From a virus: a stretch of DNA of 64,000 nt. The translations under genes and the position numbers were made by a program. Shown piece after piece: positions 1-12,349 of the stretch. The notes beneath the pieces are model-generated. The model was not told the DNA's origin, searched no databases, and saw nothing but the letters and a program-made list of their open reading frames with translations. The stretch covers positions 25,214 to 89,213 of the IMG/VR virus record IMGVR_UViG_3300045125_000140; one strand, given 5' to 3'. Positions within the stretch are counted from its first letter, which is position 1. Each line of letters starts with the position of its first letter.

Positions 1-3000
1 TACTGGTCTAGATAGGATCCTTTTGGGGCTAGCGGAATTACACTCGTAGAAGTTCCGGAAAATATACCTGAAAGTGATGCTTGCGATAAGCTATTGTAAA
101 TCTTTTTTTGGTGATCTACGATCAGAGATTGCCCAGGAGTTCTAGAAAAGTCTACTCCGTGAACTATTCCCGGGTTTGGGTTGTAGACGTTCTCCAGGTA
201 CTTAGGGACAAGCGTAAAGTAGGAGTTCTCGGCTACTCCGCTTAACGTCCGCGTCCCACCAACTTTAGTTTGCTTTTCTAGCAAGTAATTATTAGACGGC
301 AGCAACGGGTTTACTGGAGTAGTTGTTCCTGTAAACAAGTACTGGGTTTCTGGACCGATACCTCCGGGTTGCGTCCCATCTGGCCACGTGACCGGAAATA
401 CGTACGGAATCGTAGTTGGGCCTGTTGCATATGGAAGAGTTATTACCGTCGTCTGAAATTGTCCGGTGTTTCTGGATGTCCAATATCCGGGAATCGTGTA
501 CGGGAACAATCTCGGGGCCCGGTCAGGGAACGCACTAAATACTGCTCTTAAGCCAGACGCCATCTCCATGTAACTAATATTATTAGCACTTATGTAGGTA
601 TAAATAGACGGGGGAAAGGCGTATGTGAATGCGTTATTTGGCTCATATTGAATGTACCCAGATACACCGTCGCTGGCTCGCCCTCTAGCAGGTATGGAAT
701 TCTGCGTACCGCCCATGTCAAAGGAGTTGTTATGCCAATTATAGATATGAGCTCGTATGTTTCCGTCTTGGAAAAACTGCTCTAACCGAATGAGCTCATA
801 AAAAACAGGGAAGAAATTAGCCGCTGGAACCAGGGCGTTGCTGGTCTGGCTGGGGGCGTGAGAGTCTACTGGCCCTAAAACCACAAACAACTTCTCCAAC
901 TTAGTTCTTGGCGACACGTCGGAGCTGGCGCGCCACTTTGCAGGTAAGAAGTATGGTTGAGTAGCTTCGATCCAGTCTCGGTACATGACGGACGCGTCGT
1001 AGTATGCGGATTCGCCTTGGCCTCGAATCGGGAGATTCTTTATGCTTAGCTTGTACGGCTGCGAATACTGAGCGGCAGTTGTAAACTGTCCTGGCGTGAA
1101 GTTATTCTTCGGGTAATGCGTCCAGAATATCTCTAGGCACGTACCCAAACCTTTATAGGTGACCTGCTTCCAAAGCAGATTTGGATCTTCAAATTGGAAG
1201 TAGATTCCTCGACGTAGGACTACGTCGTATAGGGCGTTAAATCCGAGGGCGGGCGGCGCCGAGTTTGTTTTGTGACCGTCGTTTAGTGAGTACTTAAACG
1301 AAGACAAGGTCGGTCCGTGATGGATGCTTCCGGAGTGCTCGGTCTCAACAAACCGCATGTTGGACGGGTTCCCCTGGGGCTGTATCCGCAGTCTTGGGAA
1401 CTCGCCGCACACGATTGAGTATCTAGTCTCTCCAGTGGGGCCCCACATCTTGTGCCAGAATTTAATATCAACCGAAGACTCTTCGGTGTAAAGTTCGATG
1501 TTAAACGTTCTGGACTGATATACCGTAGATCCTGCGAGGGTAGTGGTCGTAATTCCGTTCGCCGTAGAGGTAGTGGTGGTCCACGTTATGGCGGACGAGT
1601 TTATTATTGCGAAAGAGTCGTTTACGTTATCCCAAATCACAGCGCGCCAAATCGGGCATGGTTCGCAAACCCAGGTAGACGGACCTAGAATCAACGAGCT
1701 GATGTATTTGCCGTAAGTTGCATCGGTAGAGAAATTCAATTGAGGCACCTCTTCCCACCAGTTCTCGTCAACTAATGCGCTAAAGTCAGTCCTCGTGGAG
1801 TAGGACGGTCCGATGTAGTCGTTGCCTACATAAGATAGATCAGATACCGAGAATGTTGGGATTTTCTTAAATGAAACTTGTTCAGATACAACCTCGCCCT
1901 TAAGTACGTCCTTAAGAGATCCGTCCTCTACTTGGGTAAAGGGAATAACTCCGACATCGGCGGGTTTTGACCGATGAAGTAGGGTTATAGCGTTATTGAC
2001 TCGGGTCTCGTCTGTATTCGCATTCCACGTGATCTTTGCGGCGAATATGAATCGGGACAGCACTTCGGATAGCAGCTTCGTCGCCTTTTGAATCGACTCG
2101 CCTTCCGCTAACGCGGACAGGTCATCGATCATAATATCCGAGAACGAGAAGGCGTCGCGCTGGCGCATCGTTCTCGTATAGAGCTTAGCCGACACGGCCT
2201 GTGTTCCAGTCAGCCTAGCGCCGTAGAATGATCCGTACGGGTCTACGCCGTATCGAACTGGAACAACATCTACCTTAGTGCGCGAAGACGCTGAGGTCGG
2301 AGTGACAATGTACGGTCGTAGATACCGGCGCTCGGTGTTACCATCGCTGGTCAGCACGATCATTTCGATAAGATCGGTCGGCCGATACAGCATACCCACT
2401 GATATCAGTGGAGAAGGACAGCTGGTAGTTGTCGCCGTCAATTATAAGAATCGGGTTGTCGAGGGTCACCTCGATCGGAAGGTAAGCGTCAACTCGCTTT
2501 CCGTACTGGTAATCTCCGAAAGACTGGGCTACGAACGGGAGCCAGTTAAGGCTCTTCGATACGCCGTCGCCCTCGATGATCTCGCAGTTCCGGTTTACCG
2601 GATGGAACGCAGGAACAACTCGACCAGGGTTATCGAACGGAACATCCGGATCGATCTTTAAGCTGGTTTGTTCCGTTAGGTGTATCTACAAGCAGGAGAA
2701 TCTCCGTCCTGCGTGTTATCGACGCCCTTGGATATGCCGGCTATCGGATGAGTACTCGGAGCCGAGCGCGATGCTCACCAGAGTCACGGGCGATCTTTAC
2801 CGTGCTGCCCGAGCGCATAGCGGCGTAGAAGGCTACAAGAACCTTGCGGTAATCATCAGTCCAGCGACCGCCGTCCTCGAAGCGAGCCGGCACCCCAAGC
2901 ATATCGCTCAGCAGGTGATCGTCGATCAGCGCGTTCTTAAACCAGGCTCGCTCGAATCGATCGCTAGTCTCGACCAGCGTGCCGCCTAAGTCCGGGCGAA

Positions 3001-4713
3001 CAGTTACTTTAAGATTATCGCCGCTGCACGATACCGTAGGTTTATCAATTCCATCCTGTATCGCGTCGGCGGACACAAGAGTTCCTCGATAATTCTCGGA
3101 TTCGTCGACTCGGGTCGGAACTACTGCGGTATATCGGAGCGACTGGATAGCGCCTCGAGCGCTTATTCTCGTACCCGACATAGTTATCGGGCTATCGACG
3201 ATGGTCAGGAAGTTTCCAGCCAGCGGCGTATCCGGAGCGGGGATAAGGCCGAGGTCGGAGCGGTCAACCATCACGGGGAAACGGTCCGAGTCGATCGGCG
3301 AATCAAATTCGATGCCGATAAGTTCGGCGTCTCGATCTAACGTGAGCATCGAATACGAGTGCACGTGATCTATAGGATCCTCGGCGTCCGTGTACTCGAC
3401 GTCAACCTGGTCTCCAGGATTAGCGAATACATTGGCGGACAGCTGGATCGTCGACGAATTTAGGAAGCTGTACTGCGAGGAGTACGTAGCAGACGATCCT
3501 GCAGCCGGTGGCCGCAGCAGAATCCCGTTGATATAGACCTTGATCGGGAAATTTGCGTCTTCAACTAGTTGGTTTGTCTTGAGGCGCAGCGGGCGAGACG
3601 TGGGCAGCGATATTGTTTGCGAACGAGTTCTTGCAATATAGCTATATCGGGCGTGATCATGCTCCGCAAAGTGTTCTCCGGTCACTTGGAGCTGGAGCCC
3701 AGCTACCGGAGCGGCGCTGAATGTTATTAATCCTTCGGATACGTCGATGGCGCCGAGGTCAATATTAAATATGGTAACTGTTGCCGTGTCCGGATTGACC
3801 GGCCGGCTCAGCTTAAATGTGGCCTCGCGCTTAGTTGTGGTGAACGACTGGACTCCGGACGAGTCCGAGATCTTGACCGTGATGCCTGGAGGAAGGGGCG
3901 TGTTAAGAGTCAGATAGTTATTGGTGAACGAGAACGGCTTTGGATAGATATCAACATTTAATTTGATAAGTGTACCGGATTTTATCCACGTGGTCGCCGA
4001 AATCCTTAGCGTGTCAGCACTTACGGATGAGGGGAATACAAACTCTTTCTTAGAGTTGTTACCAAGGAAGGCGGTATCGAATGGATTGCTGCGGTAGAGC
4101 TCCGCATCGGACTCGACTGTGAACGCGGCGTTTGGTTCAAGGAACTTAACCATGCGCACACCGAGCTCGGCCTGCTCTTCGACATTACGGAGTAATGGAT
4201 TTAAAATAAAATCCATGTCGAAGACGAGGCGCGTTCCCGGAACTGCGCCGGATATCGGAGTTACGCTCGGATTCGCGGCGATATCCTTGGCGTAATTGAT
4301 CTGATATTCGTCAAGTTCGTTCGTTAAGTAGATCTCGCCGCGTTTTGGTATGTATTTTCCGCCAAAATAGATTCGGCTTGATTCCAGATCCAAATACGAG
4401 CCCAAATAATAGGTCGTAATTCTCGGATCGAGCATGAATCCGCTAACGAAGCTCTTTACTACGTGGCGGTGACGAGATTTACGGATCTCCCATGTTCCGA
4501 ATTCGTGGTAAGCCCACGATCTAGGAGAAAGGACCGAGCTGGTAGCTAGCCGCGCGTTAGCCGCGGTCTGGAATAGGGCGGCGTAATCGTCCTCGATGAT
4601 ACGAGTTACGCCCTCCCACAGCTTACTAAGAACTACGCGGTCCTTTTGCGGAAGCTTATCTCTGTAAAATGACGGAATGGCCCCGAAAAGACTTCCGGAT
4701 CAAAAGATTTCAT
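1..4713 (-). CDS. Very large baseplate/tail structural protein (>1,500 aa), split by indels and truncated at the window edge
   Basis: The ATG at 4713 overlaps the upstream stop. The 564-aa ORF 2741..4435 is its core. Spot translation of one minus frame (2400-1681, 600-541, 60-1) shows no stop and includes LHRSKPADV. It is beta-rich and lies directly downstream of the baseplate J-like gene. Confidence 0.6.
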
Positions 4714-6660
4714 CCGAGCTTCCTGATGCTAAGAGTTGCGGCAGGGCGGAACACCTGATTGCCGCTCACCGACACTCTATCCTGCGACGATACCGAATCA
4801 ACGTTGCCGTCACCCATGTCCGTATTCATGAGAAGGGTGACGGGCATCTTGATATCGGTCACGCCGAAGAGATGGAGCAGCGAAATGATCTCGCTTATGG
4901 TGATCTCCGAGTCAAATCCCTTCGACAGAACCAGATCTCTAAATACCTGCTCGATATCTTCTATCAGCGCGGGGCCGGTATAGCTCATATCTAGATTAAC
5001 GAGAGAGATCAGCGGGCGCACGACCTGAATGTCCTTCGTGACGTCTCGATTTTCGTCGAGTTTAAGGAAGGTATCGATCGTGTTGTAGTCTGCGTTGGTC
5101 AGATACGTGACTCTCAAACGGGCCCCCGCGAAGGCGAGCCCATCTGTCGTATCAGGATCGCGGATAACTATGACGTCCTTAGTACTGGAGGTTGCAAACG
5201 CAGCTCGAGAGCTCGCTCTGACCAACGCATAATGCCTGTTCGGTGTAAGTTCGCGTATGAATCTCGTCGGTATCGATTTCGAGCTGCTCTATCTTGGTGA
5301 TTGTAAGAACAGGGAGCTCGAATCCAATACCGTCTTCGAATATAGCGACGCCCGCGTCGTTATTGGGTGATGTCTGGATCGGAATCTCAGCAACACCCGC
5401 GGCGTCCGTGAGCACCTTACCCACGACAACGGCTTTCTCGATGTCCGCGGACGAATCAACGTATACGTCGATCTTTCCGCCGATATGGAAGTTATTAGCC
5501 GCCGTCGGGCCGATGATTGTATATTTGAATCTATTGTCCTGATCGTCCGACAACGACGTGGTGTTGAACGGACGGTCGGTGAGCAGAAGCATCTTGTTCT
5601 CGCCACCGAACTCTACCGGGCCTGTGATCACGCGGGTGATCGTATAATCGCCGGTGTCGTCGACCGTGCCCTCATTACCATACAGCCGGATGCGATGACC
5701 GGGGCGAACGGCGACGCGTTCGATAGTCACGCCGTCCAGCGACGTCTCGAGGTTAAGATAATCGAGGTCCAGGAGATCATAAATAGCGCCAACGAACGGG
5801 ACGTTGGTGTACAGGTTTCCGTTGGGGTCGGCGAACTCGATCTCGCCCGAGTTATTTAACGGGACGTTGTGCTTCTTGCACATCGATACCCGGAACAGCT
5901 CCTGGAAGTCGACGTTAACGGCCACCACGTCACGGGTCATGGCCTTATCGCCGAAGCCGGAGACCTTTACACGGCGCACGGACGAGAAGTTATCGAGGAT
6001 AGTCTTCTCGATGCCGTCGCGCTTGACTAGGTCGCGATTAACTACGCTATTTATAATCCGCAGGTAGAGGTCGGTGTTTGAATCCCGATTCTGGCCTGAG
6101 GTAAACCCGAGCTCGTTATTGGTGCGGGTCGCGCCTTTGATGCCTTGCGATATAGTCACAGTGCCGGCGCTTACGGACTGATCTTCGCCGATAGCTACCG
6201 AGACTACGGGAACATCGACATAGTACTCGGCGGTCGAAGGCAGGAAGTTCGCCTCGAGCTCTTCCTCGGTCACGAAGACATTCGAGGAGGGGACGAATAC
6301 TCTTCCGGCCGAATCGAGGAACCTGGCGGTGGTCGTGATATTAACTGGCTGTACCACGCTGAAAAACACACGCTGAACTCCGCGAGCCTGGGCGCCGTCT
6401 CGGCGCGACACCAGGAAGTTCGAGGCGAGCGAGTCCATTTCCGACTCGTTCATTACCTGGAAGTTCCGGAGCTTCAGGTTGCGCGACATGACTCGAATAT
6501 AGTCACGGTGCGGCTGGAGCATAAGGGCGATAGGGCGTACGATCAGATCGTGGATCGCCGACCCATCATTTAGGTTGAGGTCCGGATAGCTTTCCTTGAG
6601 CAGGTCGATGAGAAACTGCTCGACAGGAATGTTGAATCGGACTTTATCGGATGCCGCCAT
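4710..6660 (-). CDS. Baseplate J-like (wedge) protein; ORFs 5179..6672 and 4710..5225 joined across a frameshift
   Basis: N-terminal DLNLNDGSAIHDLIVRP, MDSLASNFLVSRRDG, YYVDVPVVSVAIG and FTSGQNRDSNTDLYLRI follow the baseplate-J pattern. The C-terminal piece continues in another frame. Confidence 0.75.
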
Positions 6661-6956
6661 CAATAGCTCCAAAGGTCAAAAATAGTGTAACCTTAACTTG
6701 AATTCACCTGGATTAGTAGTTACCAGGTTATTCTAGTATTTAGGAGGACGTATGCGCACGAACGAGTTAACCAAGGTCAAACTCTCTACTAAAAAGAGAT
6801 ACCAGAGACCGCTAAGAAACACAAGTTGAGGGAAGCATTTCCGCTGCTCAGCAGCCTGCTCCATAGTTACGACCCGGATACAGCCGACGGAATGACTATC
6901 GGGTTGACCAACGGATTGCGCGATATATTCCTGCACGTTAAGAAGGGGGATTCGAT

Positions 6957-7568
6957 ATGACTCCGTTTAAGAACCGCGCCAACTGGGATAAGGCGTTATT
7001 TGAGGTCGGAAATAATCTGAGCGATGAGGATGCTCTTATCGAGCTGCTTCGAGCTGACGCGGCCCTCGCCGCGATGATTCAACCGATCATGGCCCGTGAC
7101 GCCGATATAGCCGCTGGGCTTATCATGGCGATGGTTACCTCTGACGCCGTGTTCCAAGGGCGCATGCGGCCCCTCAGCATCGACCAGATGATCGACCGTG
7201 AATACGAGGAGATCGAGGAAGATGAGCCGGCGCCGGAACGAGATATAATGGCGGATCTCCTGGAAGAGGAGTCTGATGAATATGCCGCCGACGCACCGCC
7301 GGTAATAGACGAGCCGGCAACGGGTGCAGGGTCCGGGAGCAGCACAGCCGATCTTAAGGCTATGCTCCGCACGCTCAGCGAAATCGGAGACATTACACCG
7401 AAGATTTCATACAATAGCGAGCTGGACCGTCTCGAGGTCAGCGTGAGCTTTGATAAAGAGGTCGACGCCAGCTTAGTGGCTACTCTTATATCCGCCTTCT
7501 ACGAAATCTCGCCCTCAACTACGATCCGCACCGATAACGGCGGAATCGTTATTTGCGCCGCCGTTTAG
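6957..7568 (+). CDS. Acidic hypothetical protein
   Basis: 203-aa ORF with an AAGGGGG RBS, divergent from the baseplate genes. Confidence 0.7.
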   Translation: MTPFKNRANWDKALFEVGNNLSDEDALIELLRADAALAAMIQPIMARDADIAAGLIMAMVTSDAVFQGRMRPLSIDQMIDREYEEIEEDEPAPERDIMADLLEEESDEYAADAPPVIDEPATGAGSGSSTADLKAMLRTLSEIGDITPKISYNSELDRLEVSVSFDKEVDASLVATLISAFYEISPSTTIRTDNGGIVICAAV

Positions 7569-8425
7569 GCTCGTCCGGCAAGAAGGGTAGCGGCGCGGGG
7601 GCCTTAGCCGGCTTCTTCGCCGCAGGCTTCGGAGGAGCCTTGGTGGCCGGCCTGCTCTCCGGTACCTTTACAGGTTCCGCGGGTCTGCTGGCCGGGGCCG
7701 ATTCAACTTTTGGCTTTTTAGGCAATACTTCGGGCGCTTTAAGTTTGAACTGCTCTTCGTTATATCTCTTCAGCAGTTCAATCAGATCGTTTCTTGAGGA
7801 TGACTCTTTGAATGCGGCTATGTTAGGTGGAACTAGCGGGCCCTTCCAAGGAGCAGTGGGGCCTACGACCACAGGCACATCGTGCTGAATGCCGCCAACC
7901 AGTGCAGCCTTGTGAGCGGCTTTAATCGCAGAGTTTATTTCGGCGGCGGTCGGCTTACCCTTTACTTTGGGCTTTAGATGCGTGCTCATCGCGGAGCGCT
8001 GGTCGATATGATATGTCTTATCCCTGTTTCCAGCTTTTCTTCATTGCTCCGCCTGTGTCATCCGCCACAACCCAGCCCTTGCCCGGAATAAATAGCCAGG
8101 ATCGCTCTGGAATAGCGGAAGGATCGACAGCTGCTCCTGGCTGGCTGGCTATTCCGCCGTATGCGGTGTCACGATCGATTCCTCGCTTGGCGTGCCCCTC
8201 GCAGCATGTGGGACATGGGCAGTAATTGGTGAGCTTGGCCGAGATCGTTTTAAAGCCTTCCGGAAGCGGCTCGAGTTTCGGAATATTTAGATCTTTTATA
8301 TCTTGGCCGCCCGCTCCAGCGGTAAGCGCCGCGGCTAACCCAGCGTTACGCAGAACTTCCTTAAATCCGGCTTCCTTTTGGAGCTCGTCCAGAAACGCGT
8401 CAAATACAACGGCGTGTCGGCTCAT
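7549..8425 (-). CDS. 3D-domain (lytic transglycosylase-like) protein with N-terminal tag and Pro/Lys-rich tail; frameshift near 8020
   Basis: Motifs TNYCPCPTCC, TAYG, AAVDPSAIP and VADDTGGAMK. Removing one G at CAGGGATAAG gives ...KQDKTYHIDQRSAMSTH, which supplies the third Asp and fuses it to ORF 7549..7989. The N-terminus has FDAFLDELQKEA. Confidence 0.7.
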
Positions 8426-8882
8426 TGCATCTGGGGGAGCCGTGAGGCGCTGTCGCTTCTGGGAATCCTCTGGACTGAGCGTCGCGCGATTTCTTTGCCA
8501 TGTAGCTTGCGCCCATCGCGCGCGACGCGGAAGTGGTCGGGTCTGCCGACGGAGTAACGGCGCTCGTGCGCAACGGATTGGTCTTCGGAGGCGGAGGAGG
8601 CGGCGTCTCGTAAGACGAGGTGGACGGATTCTGCGCCGTCGGCTCCGCCGGCTTGGGCAAATTCATCCAGTCGCTCTTGCTCATAGCTATCTTCGCCATC
8701 GCGCTGACGAACACCTGCCCAAACCCGGCTGTCTTATTGTGGGTTTGGGCGAGGTATTGCGGAAGAATCGCTTTGGCGAAGCCCGACTTCCCCATTATGG
8801 CGTCCGGCGGAACATTAGCGAACATGCCCTTGGCGATGTTCTCGGATGCGCAGGACGCTAATTTGAGGAAGGCGTTCGGCAT
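8400..8882 (-). CDS. Hypothetical virion-associated protein with KxA motifs
   Basis: 160-aa ORF with AFLKLAS, NKTAG and AMAKIAM. Confidence 0.55.
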   Translation of the reverse strand: MPNAFLKLASCASENIAKGMFANVPPDAIMGKSGFAKAILPQYLAQTHNKTAGFGQVFVSAMAKIAMSKSDWMNLPKPAEPTAQNPSTSSYETPPPPPPKTNPLRTSAVTPSADPTTSASRAMGASYMAKKSRDAQSRGFPEATAPHGSPRCNEPTRRCI

Positions 8883-8886
8883 TATA

Positions 8887-9303
8887 TCACTTACGGCCGA
8901 ACAGGCCTTTAAGCTTGCTCATGAAACCTTGACCCTTTAAGTGTTTTAGATATTGTTCCGCAAGTTCGTTACGGCGAGCCATCTCCTCGGTAAGATTATG
9001 CTTCGATCTCGCGCCGAGAACACCACCGGTTGCTCCGCCGAGCAGTGTTGATCCTAAGCCTACCGTCTTCATCTTCTCTTCGAGAAGATTGTTGAACATC
9101 GAGTCATGCATCGGGGAGTTAGGCATGGGGAATTTCCCCATTCCAGGAACGTCAATCGCAAGATCATCAACACCCTTTGCGGCGAGAAGAGCCGATAAGC
9201 CCGCTCCGCCAAGGCCGCCTAAAAGAAGGCCCTTAAGTGTTCCTGATCCAGCACCGGCGATTTTTTCAAGTTCAGTAAAGAAACCAAGTTCAAATGAGTT
9301 CAT
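8887..9303 (-). CDS. Tagged protein with glycine-zipper segments
   Basis: Starts MNSFELGFFTELEKIAG; contains GLLLGGLGGAGL and LLGGATGGVLG. Confidence 0.8.
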   Translation of the reverse strand: MNSFELGFFTELEKIAGAGSGTLKGLLLGGLGGAGLSALLAAKGVDDLAIDVPGMGKFPMPNSPMHDSMFNNLLEEKMKTVGLGSTLLGGATGGVLGARSKHNLTEEMARRNELAEQYLKHLKGQGFMSKLKGLFGRK

Positions 9304-9386
9304 GTGATATCACTTTCCTGAGAGAAGCGCTTTGAGCTTGTCTTTGAGTTCCACACGTATCTATTATAGGATTTTTGGTAGTCGTA

Positions 9387-10025
9387 TCACCGGTCACGTA
9401 CATCAAGTTGGTATGTTCCAAATACAGAGGGAAACATAGCTCCTCCGAGGGCCGCAGGAACACCTAACGCGAGAGCGTTAGATAAACGCTGTCTGGCGCC
9501 GCCGTTACCGATCGGGGCAGACGCGCCGAGTGCTGCGCCAAGGAGGCCGGTTATTGCAGCGGCCTTCCGCCGGCTAAACTTCGGCTCTAGCGCTTCATTG
9601 TATAAGTCCTTATTTAGACGGGTTGCGGCGGTTATTGCAGGCCCGACTGCCCCGCCTAAAAATTGCCCATAGAGTTGGGCCTTCCTGCTCTTACCCAGAG
9701 TGGCACCGAGGTGACTGCCGGCGAGCTGTCCGGCGGTTGAGAGACCAAGATCTAGTAGTAAGTGCTTATTCGTATAAGGTTCCTTGTCAACTTCGGGAGG
9801 AGAGTCAAAAACTACGAGCTCATGGTCATTTGTTCCCGGTATCGGCCTACGCATCGTACGTACTCTCGGATTATCTTCGAAATAGTCGGGCAAAAATTCT
9901 TTCGGTCCACGCCACCGTGTGTTGCCCAGCATGTCGTATGTCACCACCATCGGCTCGACGGGGCTTGCGGATGCCGACGCAACCTTAATAAGTTCGTCAA
10001 AGAAGCCGAGTTCGAAGCTGTTCAT
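9387..10025 (-). CDS. Tagged protein, paralogue of 10022..10792
   Basis: Starts MNSFELGFFDELIKVAS; shares the hydrophobic C-terminal domain. Confidence 0.8.
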   Translation of the reverse strand: MNSFELGFFDELIKVASASASPVEPMVVTYDMLGNTRWRGPKEFLPDYFEDNPRVRTMRRPIPGTNDHELVVFDSPPEVDKEPYTNKHLLLDLGLSTAGQLAGSHLGATLGKSRKAQLYGQFLGGAVGPAITAATRLNKDLYNEALEPKFSRRKAAAITGLLGAALGASAPIGNGGARQRLSNALALGVPAALGGAMFPSVFGTYQLDVRDR

Positions 10026-10792
10026 ATCAGGCTTTCGTTGTTCCGAAGCAAGGCGGGCGACCCAGCACCAAAAGCGGCCGCCGGAATACCGAGCGAGAGA
10101 GCTGCGGCTAGGCGATGTCTGGCGCTACCGTCTCCCATCGGAGCAGCTGCGCCAAGCGCCGCACCAATGAGCCCGGTTATTGCACCGGCCTTTGCCCGGC
10201 TAAACTTCGCCTTTTTGCCCTGCTCTTTTAGCTTCTTATTGGAACGGATTGCCGCATTTATTGCCGGCCCGACTGTCGCGCCTACAAATTTGCCCAAGTC
10301 TTCGTGATCCTCGTGTCCACCCATAACGCGGGCGAGGCGTTTTCCGGCAAAGCCGCCGCCGAGGCCGAGCGCGATATCAATTAGATCGTCTTTAATCGTT
10401 TCAGGTGCGCCAGTAGGAGTCGAGAGAATGTTGTCGACAGTCTTCTTTAATCCGCCCGATTCAGCGGACTTGCTCATATCGCCGCCTTGATTACGCGCAT
10501 CTCTAATGGCCTTAACCTTGGCGTATCTCTTGGCGCGGTCCATTACGGCAACATCATCGGCTGTGGGCGCTTTGGATCTGGCCTCTCTTGTCGGATCTTT
10601 GCTTACCGGTCCGCCACCAGGAGCTCGCTGATCTTGTTGGCTGTCGCGGTGAGCCATCGCGCCAAGATCCGCTTTGCCGCGCTTACCTAAAACGGGTTCC
10701 ATTTTTGGGTCGCGGTATAACTCGTAGAGCTCTTTGCTGCTTGTTGCGATTTTTTGCAGCTCGTCAAAGAAACCAAATTCAAAATGGTTCAT
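10022..10792 (-). CDS. Tagged protein, paralogue of 9387..10025
   Basis: Starts MNHFEFGFFDELQKIAT; ATGA overlap with the next gene. Confidence 0.8.
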   Translation of the reverse strand: MNHFEFGFFDELQKIATSSKELYELYRDPKMEPVLGKRGKADLGAMAHRDSQQDQRAPGGGPVSKDPTREARSKAPTADDVAVMDRAKRYAKVKAIRDARNQGGDMSKSAESGGLKKTVDNILSTPTGAPETIKDDLIDIALGLGGGFAGKRLARVMGGHEDHEDLGKFVGATVGPAINAAIRSNKKLKEQGKKAKFSRAKAGAITGLIGAALGAAAPMGDGSARHRLAAALSLGIPAAAFGAGSPALLRNNESLI

Positions 10793-10800
10793 GGCAGATC

Positions 10801-11190
10801 CTATGAGGTTTTATAAGCGGCCAACGTGCTGTTCGGTACGGTGTGATAAAGAGGTCCTTCGAGGCCGTAGGCTTTCATGCCTAGCTTGCGACGTTCCGGG
10901 AAGGTCAGCGAGGGAGCGAAGTAGTCCGTGATACGGCTCATGCCTCGTGATTGGTAACCCCTCGATTTTCGGTCCGCCTCTCTAAATTGACTCATATTAT
11001 GAATCAAGGCGCCAGTTTCAGCTCGGCTCCGTTTACCGAAGCCGCGCGTCGCCCTGTCCGGAATCATTTCATCAAATAAGCCCGAATGCCGAGGGGACGG
11101 ATAGCGCTGGCGCAGCTGATCCAGGCTCGGATCTACCGCGTCAGCAATTTTCTCTAATTCGTCGAAGAATCCGAATTCAAAGTGATTCAT
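10801..11190 (-). CDS. Tagged protein
   Basis: Starts MNHFEFGFFDELEKIAD. Confidence 0.8.
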   Translation of the reverse strand: MNHFEFGFFDELEKIADAVDPSLDQLRQRYPSPRHSGLFDEMIPDRATRGFGKRSRAETGALIHNMSQFREADRKSRGYQSRGMSRITDYFAPSLTFPERRKLGMKAYGLEGPLYHTVPNSTLAAYKTS

Positions 11191-11199
11191 GGCTTATCC

Positions 11200-11645
11200 T
11201 TAATTACTGCCTTTAACGGCACGATCTTTAAGAGCTTTGTATCCCATGGGGGACACTTGTTCGAGTGGGTCATTTCCTATAACTGGGCTCAGGGATACGC
11301 GCGTTAGCCCGAACGAGTCTTTTTAAAGTGGATAGATGCTTCAGTCCTCGCGCTATCTTACCCCCGCCAAAGCTCCCATAAAACCGGTGGCCGGAGAAGC
11401 GATCGACGCAGCTGCGGAATGGCCTCCTTTAGCTGCGTCGTAAACGAGCGGAGCTGCGGCGCCGATTATGCTGCCTGCTACTCGACCGTCTTGGTCGGCC
11501 GTGTCGAGATCCTGAGCGTGATGGCGGCTGGTTCCTTCACTCGGAAATCCGTAAGGAATTTTTTCTTTGGGAAGCTCAAAGTTCCGTCTTCCACGGTAGC
11601 CAGCTTTTCTAGCTCGCTGAAGAAGCCGAGTTCAAAGGCATTCAT
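11200..11645 (-). CDS. Tagged protein, frameshifted (missing from ORF track)
   Basis: The ATG at 11645 reads MNAFELGFFSELEKLATVEDG. A later frame ends YKALKDRAVKGSN* at 11200. Confidence 0.6.
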
Positions 11646-12349
11646 TGAGCGCCGCCCTGCGGTTGTGGATACGGGATGGGATTAGGCGCGCCTTCTAATC
11701 CGAAGGGTTTGTAGAGCTGCTTCCGTTGTCCCGCATCATTAACGTAGGTGCGCCGGGAAAGATCACGCGGATTCATCCGATCGGACTGATCAAAAACTGT
11801 GTCGAGGCGACTTACCTTCTTTTCGCGCTGCTCTCTGTTTGCAACTTGGCGAGGCTGCCCGTCCTGGTCAACGTTTTCGCCGAGCTGCGTTACGCCTGGG
11901 ATCGGAATAGTGGTATTAAAGAGACTCCGTCGTGCATTATCTTTACTGAATCTTGGATCCGACGGGTTTTCCGAAGACAGGCGACTAGCTGTGCCTCTTG
12001 CGAATTGAGTCAAGCCGGTCGCTCTGGCGCCAATATCTGCACGGCTCGCGTTTGGATACATCCTTCTATACCCAGCCATTCTTTCGGCCACTGCATCTCT
12101 GTCTGTGGCAGTCTTATTTATCACGGTCGTTTTGAGTTTGTTTGAGACGCCAGGGCCTAAATTTGGCCCCTCAGTCACCTTCGGTTTCGGAGGTATGAAG
12201 TCATTCTTAGTACCGCCATACGGACGGCCGGCCATGGGCATACTGGAACGCAGACGGCCGACCTCGAGCATAACGGGGTGAGGATCGTCGGACGAACTGG
12301 CTGCTATTTTAGCCAGCTCATCAAAGAAACCGTATTCAAAGTGATTCAT
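11642..12349 (-). CDS. Tagged protein
   Basis: Starts MNHFEYGFFDELAKIAA; internal NKTAT; C-terminal half similar to 10801..11190. Confidence 0.8.
   Translation of the reverse strand: MNHFEYGFFDELAKIAASSSDDPHPVMLEVGRLRSSMPMAGRPYGGTKNDFIPPKPKVTEGPNLGPGVSNKLKTTVINKTATDRDAVAERMAGYRRMYPNASRADIGARATGLTQFARGTASRLSSENPSDPRFSKDNARRSLFNTTIPIPGVTQLGENVDQDGQPRQVANREQREKKVSRLDTVFDQSDRMNPRDLSRRTYVNDAGQRKQLYKPFGLEGAPNPIPYPQPQGGAQ

Noticed and set aside
292-2989. Short ORF-track entries in the first 3 kb
   Set aside because: They are shadows of one long minus-strand frame that runs off the window edge.
6673-6956. Intergenic region as an ncRNA
   Set aside because: It has only a few short stems and is adequately explained as a divergent promoter region.
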